Positions 1 through 9,692 of a DNA stretch of 33,839 nucleotides are shown here, piece after piece (within the stretch, counting starts at the first letter, position 1; each line of letters begins with the position of its first letter). Both the position numbers and the translations under genes were made by a program. The notes under the pieces were generated by a model that saw only the letters and a list, made by a program, of their open reading frames with translations, was not told where the DNA came from and did not search any database. The stretch lies in the sequence record SRR20825006_1198. One strand, written 5' to 3'.

Positions 1-27
1 GTTCTTTTATGCGATAAATGTGCATTA

Positions 28-30
28 TAA
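28..30 (+). repeat. Target-site duplication, left copy (TAA)
   Basis: TAA precedes the terminal TGTA; TAA also follows the terminal TACA at 33777-33779. Confidence 0.55.
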
Positions 31-120
31 TGTACCGCGCCGTTTCAATTAGTTGATGAAATTACAACAAACAGATGATAGTTACATTTATTACTTGACG
101 CAGTTATGTTTCTTGGAGAT
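31..120 (+). repeat. Prophage end (tail side), putative transposase-binding region
   Basis: TGTA terminus; AATTACAACAAAC (60-72); GTTTCTTGGAGAT (108-120) matches GTTTCATGGACAT at the other end (11/13). Confidence 0.75.
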
Positions 121-125
121 ATACG

Positions 126-2045
126 TTAACTACTCAAATCAACAATGTTGCCGTTTAGTTTTTTAGCGTACAAGTAAGTATCCCCACCCGACGTTTGTAA
201 TTGGTAATTACTAGCTTTTAGTAGTACCTTTACACTCTTTCTATTGTTGTTAAATGGATACCAACCATGTAGATTAACACAGGTTTTTGTAGTGCCCGAG
301 ACTTGAGATTCCGAAATATTCGCCAAGTCAATTACAACCTCCGAGCTCGCAGTACCGCCACCATCTTCATCTTCGTAGCCTACAATACTTAGTTGCACTT
401 CGCAATCATCTAAATCAGCGGCCGACCTACCAAGCATTATTTTCGCACCAAATTCCAAATTCTTATCATTTACACCTTTGTTGAAGGTCATGGTAGCAAC
501 TTCGACTAACGAGCCTGTAAAGCTACTCTTACCAGTGGGATCTATAACTTTAGTAAACACCGTATTATCCAAATCCGTGGTGTCTGTAAGGTTTATTTGC
601 GCATTTTTAACGCCCACATTAGAACACCCAAACGCTCTTGCTAAAGCATGGCCTAATGTTTGATAACCCTCGCTTGAAGGGTGTACATCATCTACTATGT
701 TACTGCTCGGAAATTTGTCGGTAAGCGCTTCAACATCAAATATGCTTAATTCATTCTCTAACGCTAGTTCACGAAGGGCAGCGTTATACAAATAATTATT
801 TTCATAATCACTCGCCTCAGCGCCTCGTGGGTCAGTGCTTAGTATAATTAACGCATTAGCGTCATGGGTGTATATGTCGCTAATTAAAGCTTTATATTCC
901 GTTTTGAAGGTCGCAATATCAGAGACTCCATCCTTAGAGTCATTAGTACCATAGCCGATAAAAAATACATTTGCATCAAAAGCGGCGGCCTTAGCTAATT
1001 GAGCAGCAGTAGTAACACCACGATCAACATTTGCTGAAGATGAATTCTTAAGCGTCATTGAACTAACTGCATAATTCCTAAAATCTACCCCATAACCAAC
1101 GCTAAACCCTAGCACTACTAATGTGCCATCTGATGCCACACCAGAGCCTCTATCCACTAAGGTTAGATTGTCTAATTTCACCTGAAAATCACGGAGATTA
1201 GAGCCACCATCCACCAAACTAATTTGCTTAGCGACCACTATTCCTTTCACGTCCTCGGTAGATACTGCTCCAAAGCTTAGTTGGCCAGTGTAACTATCAA
1301 ATGTCTCTGTAGAAATTTCAGTGTCTTCATCATCATAAATCGTCACATCAAACTCAGGGGCCGCATCTGATGTGCGTTGTATAAAATAGACAGTAAGTAC
1401 AGGTTGAGTTTTGCCACCAACACGCACACTAAAATTTAAAGAGGGTGTTTCAGACGCAATCATTTTGTAATGCGGTAGTAATGAATCGCCTAGCGTTGTT
1501 GTAGATTTCTTTGCAGGCGTCACATCATACACTTCTTGCGACGGCTCTATAAAATTAGGGTCAGCAGTCATTAAAGCATGAGCGAGTAAACTTGCGTGGC
1601 TAAATTCGCCCATACGATTAGTTTCTGCATACGGCGAACTTGATCCTGGTCGGCCCGCCTCAGTAGAATCACCAAGAATAGCATATCGAACCCCTCCAGA
1701 TTGGATAAGGCCCCACATTTTCTGAACATCCTCATCTTTAATCTTATAGTAATTCTGCAACACTTTATTCGTAGGAATTGGCGTGCCATGATCTTGCCAT
1801 GCAGCACCATCCCAAATAACAAGCTGAAGATAAGAATTACCTTTAAAGTAATAGCTTACATCATCTTCTGAAGGTGAGCCTGTACTTGGCTTCGCTGTTA
1901 AGTCATCACTAGAGGCGCGCGGAAAATTAACCGGAGCTAATGCCGTTGCGTTGGCTATAGAGCTTTGTACTTGTGCATCGTTGGTTTCAAGAGCGTTTAC
2001 AACCGCTTCAAATGCTTCTTTCTTAATTACATCAAACTGTGCCAT
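126..2045 (-). CDS. Tail-associated SGNH/GDSL hydrolase (putative receptor-binding esterase/deacetylase)
   Basis: SGNH blocks ILGDS, GYGTND and DDVHPS; last gene of the tail module. Confidence 0.8.
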   Translation of the reverse strand: MAQFDVIKKEAFEAVVNALETNDAQVQSSIANATALAPVNFPRASSDDLTAKPSTGSPSEDDVSYYFKGNSYLQLVIWDGAAWQDHGTPIPTNKVLQNYYKIKDEDVQKMWGLIQSGGVRYAILGDSTEAGRPGSSSPYAETNRMGEFSHASLLAHALMTADPNFIEPSQEVYDVTPAKKSTTTLGDSLLPHYKMIASETPSLNFSVRVGGKTQPVLTVYFIQRTSDAAPEFDVTIYDDEDTEISTETFDSYTGQLSFGAVSTEDVKGIVVAKQISLVDGGSNLRDFQVKLDNLTLVDRGSGVASDGTLVVLGFSVGYGVDFRNYAVSSMTLKNSSSANVDRGVTTAAQLAKAAAFDANVFFIGYGTNDSKDGVSDIATFKTEYKALISDIYTHDANALIILSTDPRGAEASDYENNYLYNAALRELALENELSIFDVEALTDKFPSSNIVDDVHPSSEGYQTLGHALARAFGCSNVGVKNAQINLTDTTDLDNTVFTKVIDPTGKSSFTGSLVEVATMTFNKGVNDKNLEFGAKIMLGRSAADLDDCEVQLSIVGYEDEDGGGTASSEVVIDLANISESQVSGTTKTCVNLHGWYPFNNNRKSVKVLLKASNYQLQTSGGDTYLYAKKLNGNIVDLSS

Positions 2046-2049
2046 AATC

Positions 2050-2301
2050 TTATATTGTAATGGTTACTATTTCTAAATTTATTCCGCCAGATTGCACGGT
2101 TTTTTCTTCAAATTGAGATGCTGGCTCTACAGAGCTAATTCGAATCGATGTCTCATCTTCTGAAACAACAAATATATTCCCACCAAGCGCAGCTGCTGCT
2201 GCCTTAGCATCTTCTTCAGCTTGCTTTGTGAGAGCTGTTTGGGCTTGAACTGCATTTATTAATGTAGCGACGGACGATAATTTTAATACTTCTTCAGCCA
2301 T
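2050..2301 (-). CDS. Hypothetical tail-module protein
   Basis: 83-aa ORF tightly packed between tail genes. Confidence 0.65.
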   Translation of the reverse strand: MAEEVLKLSSVATLINAVQAQTALTKQAEEDAKAAAAALGGNIFVVSEDETSIRISSVEPASQFEEKTVQSGGINLEIVTITI

Positions 2302-2303
2302 AA

Positions 2304-4385
2304 TTAGCTCATTACAAGGGTTTCGATTTCAAATACAATTCCTTCTATTTCAACAAACGCAGAAGAATCAGCAGCAGAGTTCACAGCGTCATCAAATACA
2401 AGGTCAAAGCCTCGGCCATCTTCACTAACAGTGCCTTTGGTAAAGCCATAAAGCACATCGCCTTGGTCTGTAATTACAGTCTCTGGGTCGATTGCTTGGT
2501 ATTCAGACTCGCTATAAAACTTTAAATTTGTGATGCCGGTTGTGTCAAAAACAGACTCAACGGAGTATACTTCTACTTCACCAGTTACCATGTTCCATTT
2601 ATACTCTACTGGAATAGAAAGCACGTCGGCATTGCCTGTTTCTTGCAATACGATTGTTTTTAGGAAATCTGGGAAAATGAATTTACGCGAGATGGCTGTT
2701 GTATATACAATAGAGTCTTTATTAGCCTGGCTAATTCTATCGTAAGGCGCACGGGTAAAAACAGAGCCTTCAATCGCATTATTGCTTATATAGTCAGCTG
2801 GCACCCAATCATCATTTGTGTCAAAATACTCAAAAACAAAAAGTGCGCCATAATCATCAACGTCGCCAGGGCAAAAACTTTGCTGTAGTGCGCTTGGATT
2901 TAGCAAACCGCGTGAATGGATATAGAATTTAGAGGACCTAGCAGTGTCATTTAATAGCTCGATGCTGCTACTTTTAATACTTAGGGAACATGAATTAACA
3001 AGCTCATCACCTAAACCAGTATCATGCAAGCGATACTCCACTTGGATGTAGCCCACCTTACCATAAGGAGCTTGAACATTGAGGCTATTGGTAATAGTAA
3101 CTAATGAGCCTTCGGGGATAATACGAGCAAATCTTGCATCGTCAGTGGTGTATTCATCCCACGTGGAATCATTATTGAGGATGTATACTAACCCGTCTAA
3201 ACTGTAGAATAAGCCTCTGAAGTAGTTGATAGAGTATACATCGCCAACCTCTGACACATCGGTGTCTACATCGAGATCTAAGGTGAACGAAATTTTTACC
3301 GTATCTAATTGGTCAGAGTTATTGGCAATGACTGTTTGTGAGCGCTGCTTTAACCAGCCTTCAGTAATAGAGTTATCTGGCGAGCGATGCAATTGAACAT
3401 ATTGCCCATCAACGTCGCCAGTTACTATTACAGAGCCTGTAGATTCTTCTTTATCCCATGCCGGGATAATATTTTGCAAGGGCTTACTTTGGGTCAAGTC
3501 GGCGTTTGTTAGAAATGTATCTGCAATTTTAACTACCGATTTTATCTCTCTAATACCGGGCTTAAAGTCCGCTTTAGGTTTTAACTCTACGAGATCAGAT
3601 GTAATTACTTGGCGAAAGTCTCTACTGCAGGCACTTGCAGCTACACCACTACTAAACACTACTCCATTTAAAGTAGCTGGTGCATTTAGGCGCATTTTAC
3701 GCTCAATAAAAACCCAACGTTGTTCTATCTGATAGAGCTGAAGATTGAATTGCTCACAAAAATTAACCAGAAGATCCCAATACGATAAACGATCGTTATC
3801 TGAGAATTTAGCCATGTAGCTTTGTTTAACTCTATAGCCAACAGGAAAGGTGCTAGCATTATCACTGCTCGCCCATAACGAATAAAACTCGATGCTACCA
3901 GGTAAGCCTAAACGATCAAAACAATCGATTAAGAATTGATCCAGTTCTATATATACATCAGCTGGGTTGAAATACTCCTCTTTCAGTAGTCCTAGAGCAT
4001 TTGTAGCCACAAGGCCAATTTCAGGATAACGCTCGTAATATTCTTTATTAGAAGATGGTAGATACAAAAATAACTCCCATTCGAGAGTTGCATCATTATA
4101 AATCTGAAGCTTAAAGTCTTTCTTGGAACGGCCATCAAACCGAGCTAACAAGCCATGTAAATCTTTAATGGTAAATTGAATTTGTACAGGCCAGAATGGG
4201 AAGAACATGTCATTACCGCGACTACCCATAATTAACATTGGATCGCCTTTAATGCCTATTTCGGTAACAGTATCTGGAGTTTCCGCAAATTGTTCAAGAA
4301 TTTTAAACGTACGGGTTTCAGAGCTACCTGCTGCAGTAGCGTTACGCATTAATATATCTTCCTGGGCAATTAGCGTGTAACTCAT
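2304..4385 (-). CDS. Putative tail tip/hub protein
   Basis: 693 aa, beta-rich, directly after the tape measure gene with ATGA overlap. Confidence 0.65.
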   Translation of the reverse strand: MSYTLIAQEDILMRNATAAGSSETRTFKILEQFAETPDTVTEIGIKGDPMLIMGSRGNDMFFPFWPVQIQFTIKDLHGLLARFDGRSKKDFKLQIYNDATLEWELFLYLPSSNKEYYERYPEIGLVATNALGLLKEEYFNPADVYIELDQFLIDCFDRLGLPGSIEFYSLWASSDNASTFPVGYRVKQSYMAKFSDNDRLSYWDLLVNFCEQFNLQLYQIEQRWVFIERKMRLNAPATLNGVVFSSGVAASACSRDFRQVITSDLVELKPKADFKPGIREIKSVVKIADTFLTNADLTQSKPLQNIIPAWDKEESTGSVIVTGDVDGQYVQLHRSPDNSITEGWLKQRSQTVIANNSDQLDTVKISFTLDLDVDTDVSEVGDVYSINYFRGLFYSLDGLVYILNNDSTWDEYTTDDARFARIIPEGSLVTITNSLNVQAPYGKVGYIQVEYRLHDTGLGDELVNSCSLSIKSSSIELLNDTARSSKFYIHSRGLLNPSALQQSFCPGDVDDYGALFVFEYFDTNDDWVPADYISNNAIEGSVFTRAPYDRISQANKDSIVYTTAISRKFIFPDFLKTIVLQETGNADVLSIPVEYKWNMVTGEVEVYSVESVFDTTGITNLKFYSESEYQAIDPETVITDQGDVLYGFTKGTVSEDGRGFDLVFDDAVNSAADSSAFVEIEGIVFEIETLVMS

Positions 4386-7036
4386 ACCTGGTTGCCTACA
4401 ACATCTTTATTAGCGTTGTATTTTTTCATGCCTTCAATTACTTCAGCTATAATTACAGGCGCTCTTAACTCAACTTTCTTCATGGCTTCGCCTACAGCTT
4501 CAGCAATAATGTCGCTCTGAATGCCTCCACCGCCTAAAGTTGGGAGATCAATATTTACATTGGGTGCAGAAATCATTCCACCGCGTTCCATGTATGGCAG
4601 ACCAGAAAGCAAGCGAGATGCAAAGGCAGGATCTTCATTAATCTGGCGAATTAGTGGTAGACCGCGGCGTGTGCTTTCACGATTGATGATATATTCACCT
4701 TTCTCGGCTTCAATTAGCGTACCACCTTGACTGTGGCGTTTCCCGCCAATCATTCCACCGTCTTCAAAAGAGGAAATTAATGCTCTAGCTGATTTTATAG
4801 CAACTGCAGCTAGAATTGGCGACATAATAAGTGCAGCAGGACCAGACGCACCTGCGGTTTGTAGTGCATTACGCACCCATAATGAAATGATTTGAGTGGC
4901 AACAGCGTCTAAAGCGCCTTTTGCAATGTCCTTAAATGAATCGGCATAAAGTATATTTTGAGCAACAGCCTGGCCTACTGATCCCGCTACTTGCTTCCAG
5001 TCGGTTTTTTGGGAGTCTGCATTATTTTTACTCGCGCCAGCCACAATATCCATTTGCTGGAGAATTTCCTGAAGCTCAGTCATTGTGCTTGCATGCTTCG
5101 CTCGCTCAGCTTCGCTACTAGATTCTAGGTAAGCTTTTTCGCTAAGAGCAATGGCTTGTTTTATGCCTTTAATGCTATCTTGCCCGAAAACCTGTTCAGT
5201 TTGTTTATTTTTTTCTAGCGCATATTTCTCAGTAATGGCATTCATTTCAGCCTGTAATTCAACCATACGGGCATTATGCATAGCGCGAGCTCGCTCATCA
5301 GTGGCAGTATCAAACTCTTTTTTGCTCTCAGCCAACTCTGCTTGTAAACCGGCTAGGCTTCTAAGATCGTTTATTTGTGTTGCAGAACCGCCTTTACCAC
5401 CCGTTTCTTCTTGGGCTTTTTTGGCTGCTTTTACTTTAGCAATATAGTCTTCAAATGAAATAGAACCATCTTCAAGAGCTTGTGTGTACTCTTTAAGGCT
5501 GGATTCATTAGTGGAGATTGTAAGATTCAAACCCTCTAGTTCTTCAGAAAGGCGAGCAATAGCTTCAAGCCTATCTTCGCCCGGTCCTGGTAAATAGTCT
5601 AACCAGTTTACAGATTCCTTAAGCCCTGCGATTTGCTCTTTTATAGCATCTCTGCTGGCTTTAGCGGCGTGGGTATCATCATATAAAGCACTGGCTCTTT
5701 TTTTAAGGTGTGAGGTCGTTTCTGCGTAGGCTGTACGAAGTTCTTTTTGTTGAGCTAGAGTTAGGTTCCCACTAATAGCAGCTTGCGCTAGTTCTTCGCG
5801 AAGCGCCTTCATAGAACGGATTTGAGAGTCCGTTTCGGTAGCTCCTAGTCCAAGCTCTTTTCTGAGATCTGAATGAGCATCAAGCCATTGGTTAATTACA
5901 GCAATTCCACCAGCAAATTGTTCAATTAACCCTGCCACATTATCAATTAGAATGACCATTACGCCATTACTCTCTTGGAAAGCAGGAATAAGAGCTGAGT
6001 CAATCACAGACTGCAGGCGATCAGTAGCGCCTTCAAAAGTGTCCATTTGTACGGCGGCCTGCTCATAGGCTACATTACTGCCCGTTACTTTTTCAGTCAG
6101 TGATTCTACAGAATCAGCTTGAGTAATCAGGATTTGAGCGGCGTTAAAGGCTTCCTCTCCAAACAGCTCTTTCATAGCTGCAGCGTCTTCAACAATAGGC
6201 GTGAGTTGTTGTAAGGTTTTAGCCAAGCCATTGGCTTTAATGTCTACATTTTCAATGCCAAGCTTGGCAAGTGTTTCACCAGAAGTTTGTAGACGAAGGA
6301 AGATAGCTCGCAATGCGGTACCGGCACGCTCACCATTTTGCCCGTTAGCTGCTAAAACCTGAATAGCGGCGTTGGTCATCTCGATAGATTGATTCGCGCC
6401 TGCAGCAGCCGATCCGGCGTTTACCATCGCTTGGCCAATTGCTGGAATTTCTGCAGCTCCGAATTTTGCACCAGCTGCCAAGGTGTTAATTACGCGGGCA
6501 CTTTCATCCGCTGAAAGATTAAACTGGTTAATAATGGAAGTGGTAGTGTTAACGGCATCAGACAAAGAAGTGCCGGCAGCCTTGGAAAGAATGATGGCTT
6601 GCTCAGAAACTTTTTGGAGTGATTGAAATCCTGCTTCCGTGCCAAAATCAATTTTCTCAGCCAATACAGAAGCAACCAATTTGTTCGCTTCAATAATGTT
6701 AGAGGCACTTGTACCGTAAATTTTAGAGAGATCCAGGGAGCGCTTACCCAACCGATCAAGTTGAGTGCCAGTGATCCCGGTTATAGCTTCCAGGCTGGCA
6801 AGCTGAGTTTCAAACTCTTTGCCTTTTTCTATAGAACGAGCCATCGCTTTTTGCAGAACTAAGCCAATGCCTCCGGCTGCGGCAAGTCTACCAACATTGT
6901 CCAGGCTAAGTAAGCCTTTCTTAACGCTGGGCATTTTCTTGCCTAATCCATCTAACCCATCTTCTGCCTTTTTCCAGCCAGTAACTGCGCCTGTGGAGTC
7001 TACGTCTACATAATATGTTACAGTGCGCTTAGCCAT
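4382..7036 (-). CDS. Tail tape measure protein (TP901 / PhageMin_Tail type)
   Basis: Ala-rich helical 884 aa; core motifs GERAGTALRAIF and LFGEEA; C-terminal FEDGG...HSQGG...EKGEYIIN motif. Confidence 0.92.
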   Translation of the reverse strand: MAKRTVTYYVDVDSTGAVTGWKKAEDGLDGLGKKMPSVKKGLLSLDNVGRLAAAGGIGLVLQKAMARSIEKGKEFETQLASLEAITGITGTQLDRLGKRSLDLSKIYGTSASNIIEANKLVASVLAEKIDFGTEAGFQSLQKVSEQAIILSKAAGTSLSDAVNTTTSIINQFNLSADESARVINTLAAGAKFGAAEIPAIGQAMVNAGSAAAGANQSIEMTNAAIQVLAANGQNGERAGTALRAIFLRLQTSGETLAKLGIENVDIKANGLAKTLQQLTPIVEDAAAMKELFGEEAFNAAQILITQADSVESLTEKVTGSNVAYEQAAVQMDTFEGATDRLQSVIDSALIPAFQESNGVMVILIDNVAGLIEQFAGGIAVINQWLDAHSDLRKELGLGATETDSQIRSMKALREELAQAAISGNLTLAQQKELRTAYAETTSHLKKRASALYDDTHAAKASRDAIKEQIAGLKESVNWLDYLPGPGEDRLEAIARLSEELEGLNLTISTNESSLKEYTQALEDGSISFEDYIAKVKAAKKAQEETGGKGGSATQINDLRSLAGLQAELAESKKEFDTATDERARAMHNARMVELQAEMNAITEKYALEKNKQTEQVFGQDSIKGIKQAIALSEKAYLESSSEAERAKHASTMTELQEILQQMDIVAGASKNNADSQKTDWKQVAGSVGQAVAQNILYADSFKDIAKGALDAVATQIISLWVRNALQTAGASGPAALIMSPILAAVAIKSARALISSFEDGGMIGGKRHSQGGTLIEAEKGEYIINRESTRRGLPLIRQINEDPAFASRLLSGLPYMERGGMISAPNVNIDLPTLGGGGIQSDIIAEAVGEAMKKVELRAPVIIAEVIEGMKKYNANKDVVGNQV

Positions 7037-7337
7037 TTAATAGTTTACTTAGGTATGTGGTCGCTAATTCAGCGTGGGTTCGTTTATAAGTCAGTCTGTC
7101 AAGTGTTTCATCGTTGCCATCAGCAAGTGTCATTATTATCTGCTGCCATAAATCCCAACTTGCCATCGTATCTTTGCGCCAAGCTGCCTTTTGGTCCTCG
7201 TAGGTCTTCCAGGCTTCTTGTGCGGGGCTTAAGCTTCCGCTGCTTGTATTAGGCGACTCAGGTCGCCGTTTGAGTGGTTCAAGAATTCGTTGAGCAATCG
7301 CGTAGTCGGATTTCGCTTGCCCGCAAATTCCAAAAAA
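7029..7337 (-). CDS. -1 frameshift extension of the tail assembly chaperone (GT-type; not in the ORF track)
   Basis: The -1 frame opens right at T TTT TTG (7337-7331) and stays open 102 codons (...WDLWQQIIMTLADGNDETLDRL...LLNG*), ending over the tape measure start. Confidence 0.75.
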   Translation of the reverse strand, partial: FFGICGQAKSDYAIAQRILEPLKRRPESPNTSSGSLSPAQEAWKTYEDQKAAWRKDTMASWDLWQQIIMTLADGNDETLDRLTYKRTHAELATTYLSKLLNG

Positions 7338-7780
7338 GCTTCATTCACCACATCCTCTAAAAGGTTATCGAAAGCCGATTGGTTGGTAATAATTACTTTA
7401 TCGCCTGTAACTTCAATAATCGGCGGAAAGCCATCAAACAGCACTGGTGCAAGTGCAGCGTGGATATAATATTCCGTGAAAATGTCGTCCACTTGGTACA
7501 CTGGTTTTCTCGATGTAGTAAAAACTGCAACCTTTTTTTCGTCTGCAGTTAGGAAGCGTTCGAGCTTCTTTGTTTTGGAATCAACTTTAATGGTTACCCA
7601 GTTTATAGGATCGTGGCCAGCTTGTTCTGCCCAGTCGGCGCGGTCTTTATCTTCCGTACGAATGCGCTTACTGCACACATCAGCCAGCAAACGAATATTA
7701 CCCTTGCTCGTTTTTTTAAGGGGAAATCGTTCTTCCGGTTTACCATCTATCGGGGCGTATAGTTTTTTTTCTGCACTCAT
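7229..7780 (-). CDS. Tail assembly chaperone (lambda gpG analogue)
   Basis: Position before the tape measure gene; slippery heptamer near its 3' end. Confidence 0.75.
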   Translation of the reverse strand: MSAEKKLYAPIDGKPEERFPLKKTSKGNIRLLADVCSKRIRTEDKDRADWAEQAGHDPINWVTIKVDSKTKKLERFLTADEKKVAVFTTSRKPVYQVDDIFTEYYIHAALAPVLFDGFPPIIEVTGDKVIITNQSAFDNLLEDVVNEAFLEFAGKRNPTTRLLNEFLNHSNGDLSRLIQAAEA

Positions 7781-7784
7781 TGTT

Positions 7785-8288
7785 TTATCGGTTTAACCAG
7801 CTTGGATAATCATCAAGCGGGGATTTTGTTTTGAATTTTACCGCTACAGAAGGCGTAAACCTTCCTGCTTTTGCCGCATCTAGCAGCTTGCCACTTTGAG
7901 GCGTTCCTACTACCTGGTACTTGGTTTGGAGATTGTTGCCATCGCCATCTTCCAGGGCAGGGTAAAAGTAGATTGCAGCGGTGTCGCTGTCCTTCAGCGC
8001 ATTAAGCAAATCTACTAAGCCAATGGTAGGGGCCGAAGCTTCTACTGTGGCATCATTAAGAGTGTAGGAGGTTCCAGCATTCAATTGCTGATCCATATAA
8101 CCAGCTTTGAAAGCAAATAATAAATGCAAACTGATAAGCGTAGCGTTGTTTACACGGCTAGCGGAAATCCATTCATCCCACTCTTCAATAGGATCAGTGG
8201 CGTAACCGCCTACTTCAAATAAATATTTGTTGCCTCCGAACTCGAAGGCAACAATGGTGATTTGATCGCTTCCGCCTATAGTTGGCAT
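7785..8288 (-). CDS. Putative tail structural protein
   Basis: 167 aa in the tail operon, AGGAG RBS; possibly a distant tail-tube-like paralog. Confidence 0.55.
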   Translation of the reverse strand: MPTIGGSDQITIVAFEFGGNKYLFEVGGYATDPIEEWDEWISASRVNNATLISLHLLFAFKAGYMDQQLNAGTSYTLNDATVEASAPTIGLVDLLNALKDSDTAAIYFYPALEDGDGNNLQTKYQVVGTPQSGKLLDAAKAGRFTPSVAVKFKTKSPLDDYPSWLNR

Positions 8289-8299
8289 AATTCATTCTC

Positions 8300-8998
8300 C
8301 TAACCAGCTAAATATTCAGTGGAACCATCAGCGCGAAGAGAGGCTGAAGTGGCACCGTTTAAGGTCCATTCAACACGCCAAGTGGTCGCTGGCAATGCTA
8401 AACTCACACTACCTCGCTCGTCATCAAAGCTATCTGTGGCGGAGCCTAAGCTATCGCCATCAGTTCCATCAGTGCCGTAATCAAACGCTTCAAGAGTAAG
8501 ATCAAAGGCTGAGCCTTTCTCTGCAGCTAAAGTAAGCGTGGGGCCTGCGATTGGTAAAACCAACGAATTACTGCTTTGGCCATAAACAAGGTTTCTAACC
8601 CGTAATGGTTCAACAGCAGCATGTTCTAGTGCTATTTTAAGCGACTGATCGGCCTCTTCCACTTTAGCTTTTGTTATAGCAGTAGCTTGTTTGGCTTTTG
8701 TGAATTGTGGCCAAATGTAATTTCTGCCAAAGGCTTCTTTACTCAGTGCTACAATTTTAAGAGGAGTACGCGCTAGCTTCCAGGCTTTAATTTGTGCAGC
8801 ACCTTCAAAGTCTGGTGAGTCAATCATTACTCGATTGATCTCACCGCTTTGATAGTCACCTGCAGTATGCTCCTGGTTGATAGGCTCAACTTCAGATCCT
8901 GTTTCGCCAGCAATCAGAAGATTGAACTGCACTACATTGCCAGCTGCATCAAATGCTGCGGCTAGTTCCCATGCGTCGTTATAATAAATTGCTGACAT
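8300..8998 (-). CDS. Putative tail tube-like protein with a C-terminal beta-rich extension; paralog of 9008-9424
   Basis: Shares PINQEHTAGDYQSGE and KAKVEEAD-like motifs with its neighbour. Confidence 0.55.
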   Translation of the reverse strand: MSAIYYNDAWELAAAFDAAGNVVQFNLLIAGETGSEVEPINQEHTAGDYQSGEINRVMIDSPDFEGAAQIKAWKLARTPLKIVALSKEAFGRNYIWPQFTKAKQATAITKAKVEEADQSLKIALEHAAVEPLRVRNLVYGQSSNSLVLPIAGPTLTLAAEKGSAFDLTLEAFDYGTDGTDGDSLGSATDSFDDERGSVSLALPATTWRVEWTLNGATSASLRADGSTEYLAG

Positions 8999-9007
8999 AA
9001 TTCAGGA

Positions 9008-9424
9008 TTAAGTAGTTAATGCTTCGATTACTTCTAGCATCTCATCGTTAGATGAGTGGTTCCAGCTAAGCACAAGCTCAGCGTCGCCTTCGTCCACTTT
9101 AGCTTTAGGATTTACCCAGCTTTTAGGGAAAACAGCCTTTGGAGTACGGCGAATAGTGCCATCTTCAAATACTAATGCGAAGAACGTTCTAGTGCGGCGT
9201 AAGCCTTTCAGAGTCGCCTGATCTTGATGATCGTTTAGGTAAATAGAAGGGTTACCGGTTTCGCCAGTCTGGTAACTACCAGCTGTATGCTCTTGTTCGA
9301 TTGGTGTTACTGGTAGATTCTCTACACGAGTAATGTCGCCGTTTACACGGGTCCAGTTATCGACCGTGCCTACAGCACTGCGCCAAATTTCTACCACTCC
9401 ACCTTGTTGATAATCTGCGGGCAT
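9008..9424 (-). CDS. Putative major tail (tube) protein
   Basis: 138 aa, beta-rich, upstream of the chaperone/tape measure genes; PIEQEHTAGSYQTGE and KAKVDEGD motifs. Confidence 0.55.
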   Translation of the reverse strand: MPADYQQGGVVEIWRSAVGTVDNWTRVNGDITRVENLPVTPIEQEHTAGSYQTGETGNPSIYLNDHQDQATLKGLRRTRTFFALVFEDGTIRRTPKAVFPKSWVNPKAKVDEGDAELVLSWNHSSNDEMLEVIEALTT

Positions 9425-9427
9425 GAT

Positions 9428-9691
9428 TTAATCCTCTTTTTTGGTTGATTTAATAATTTGAAATCGCTCGGGATGGTTCTCAATCCAGCGTATATGCCGG
9501 TAATCGATATCAGTGCCGCGAGGATATGTCACGTTTTCACTGGCGTTAATTACATCGCCGTAAATGTCTTCTACCACTACACCGCCCACGTTACTAATGT
9601 AGCGATCTGGCTTAACTCCCTGCCCAATAATGGTGCGGGAAGAGCCTTTTGGAGGAAGTACTCGGAATCGTTGGCCTTGCTTAACCTTCAT
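9428..9691 (-). CDS. Hypothetical protein
   Basis: 87-aa ORF tightly packed in the late operon; GGAGG RBS. Confidence 0.65.
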   Translation of the reverse strand: MKVKQGQRFRVLPPKGSSRTIIGQGVKPDRYISNVGGVVVEDIYGDVINASENVTYPRGTDIDYRHIRWIENHPERFQIIKSTKKED

Positions 9692-9692
9692 G

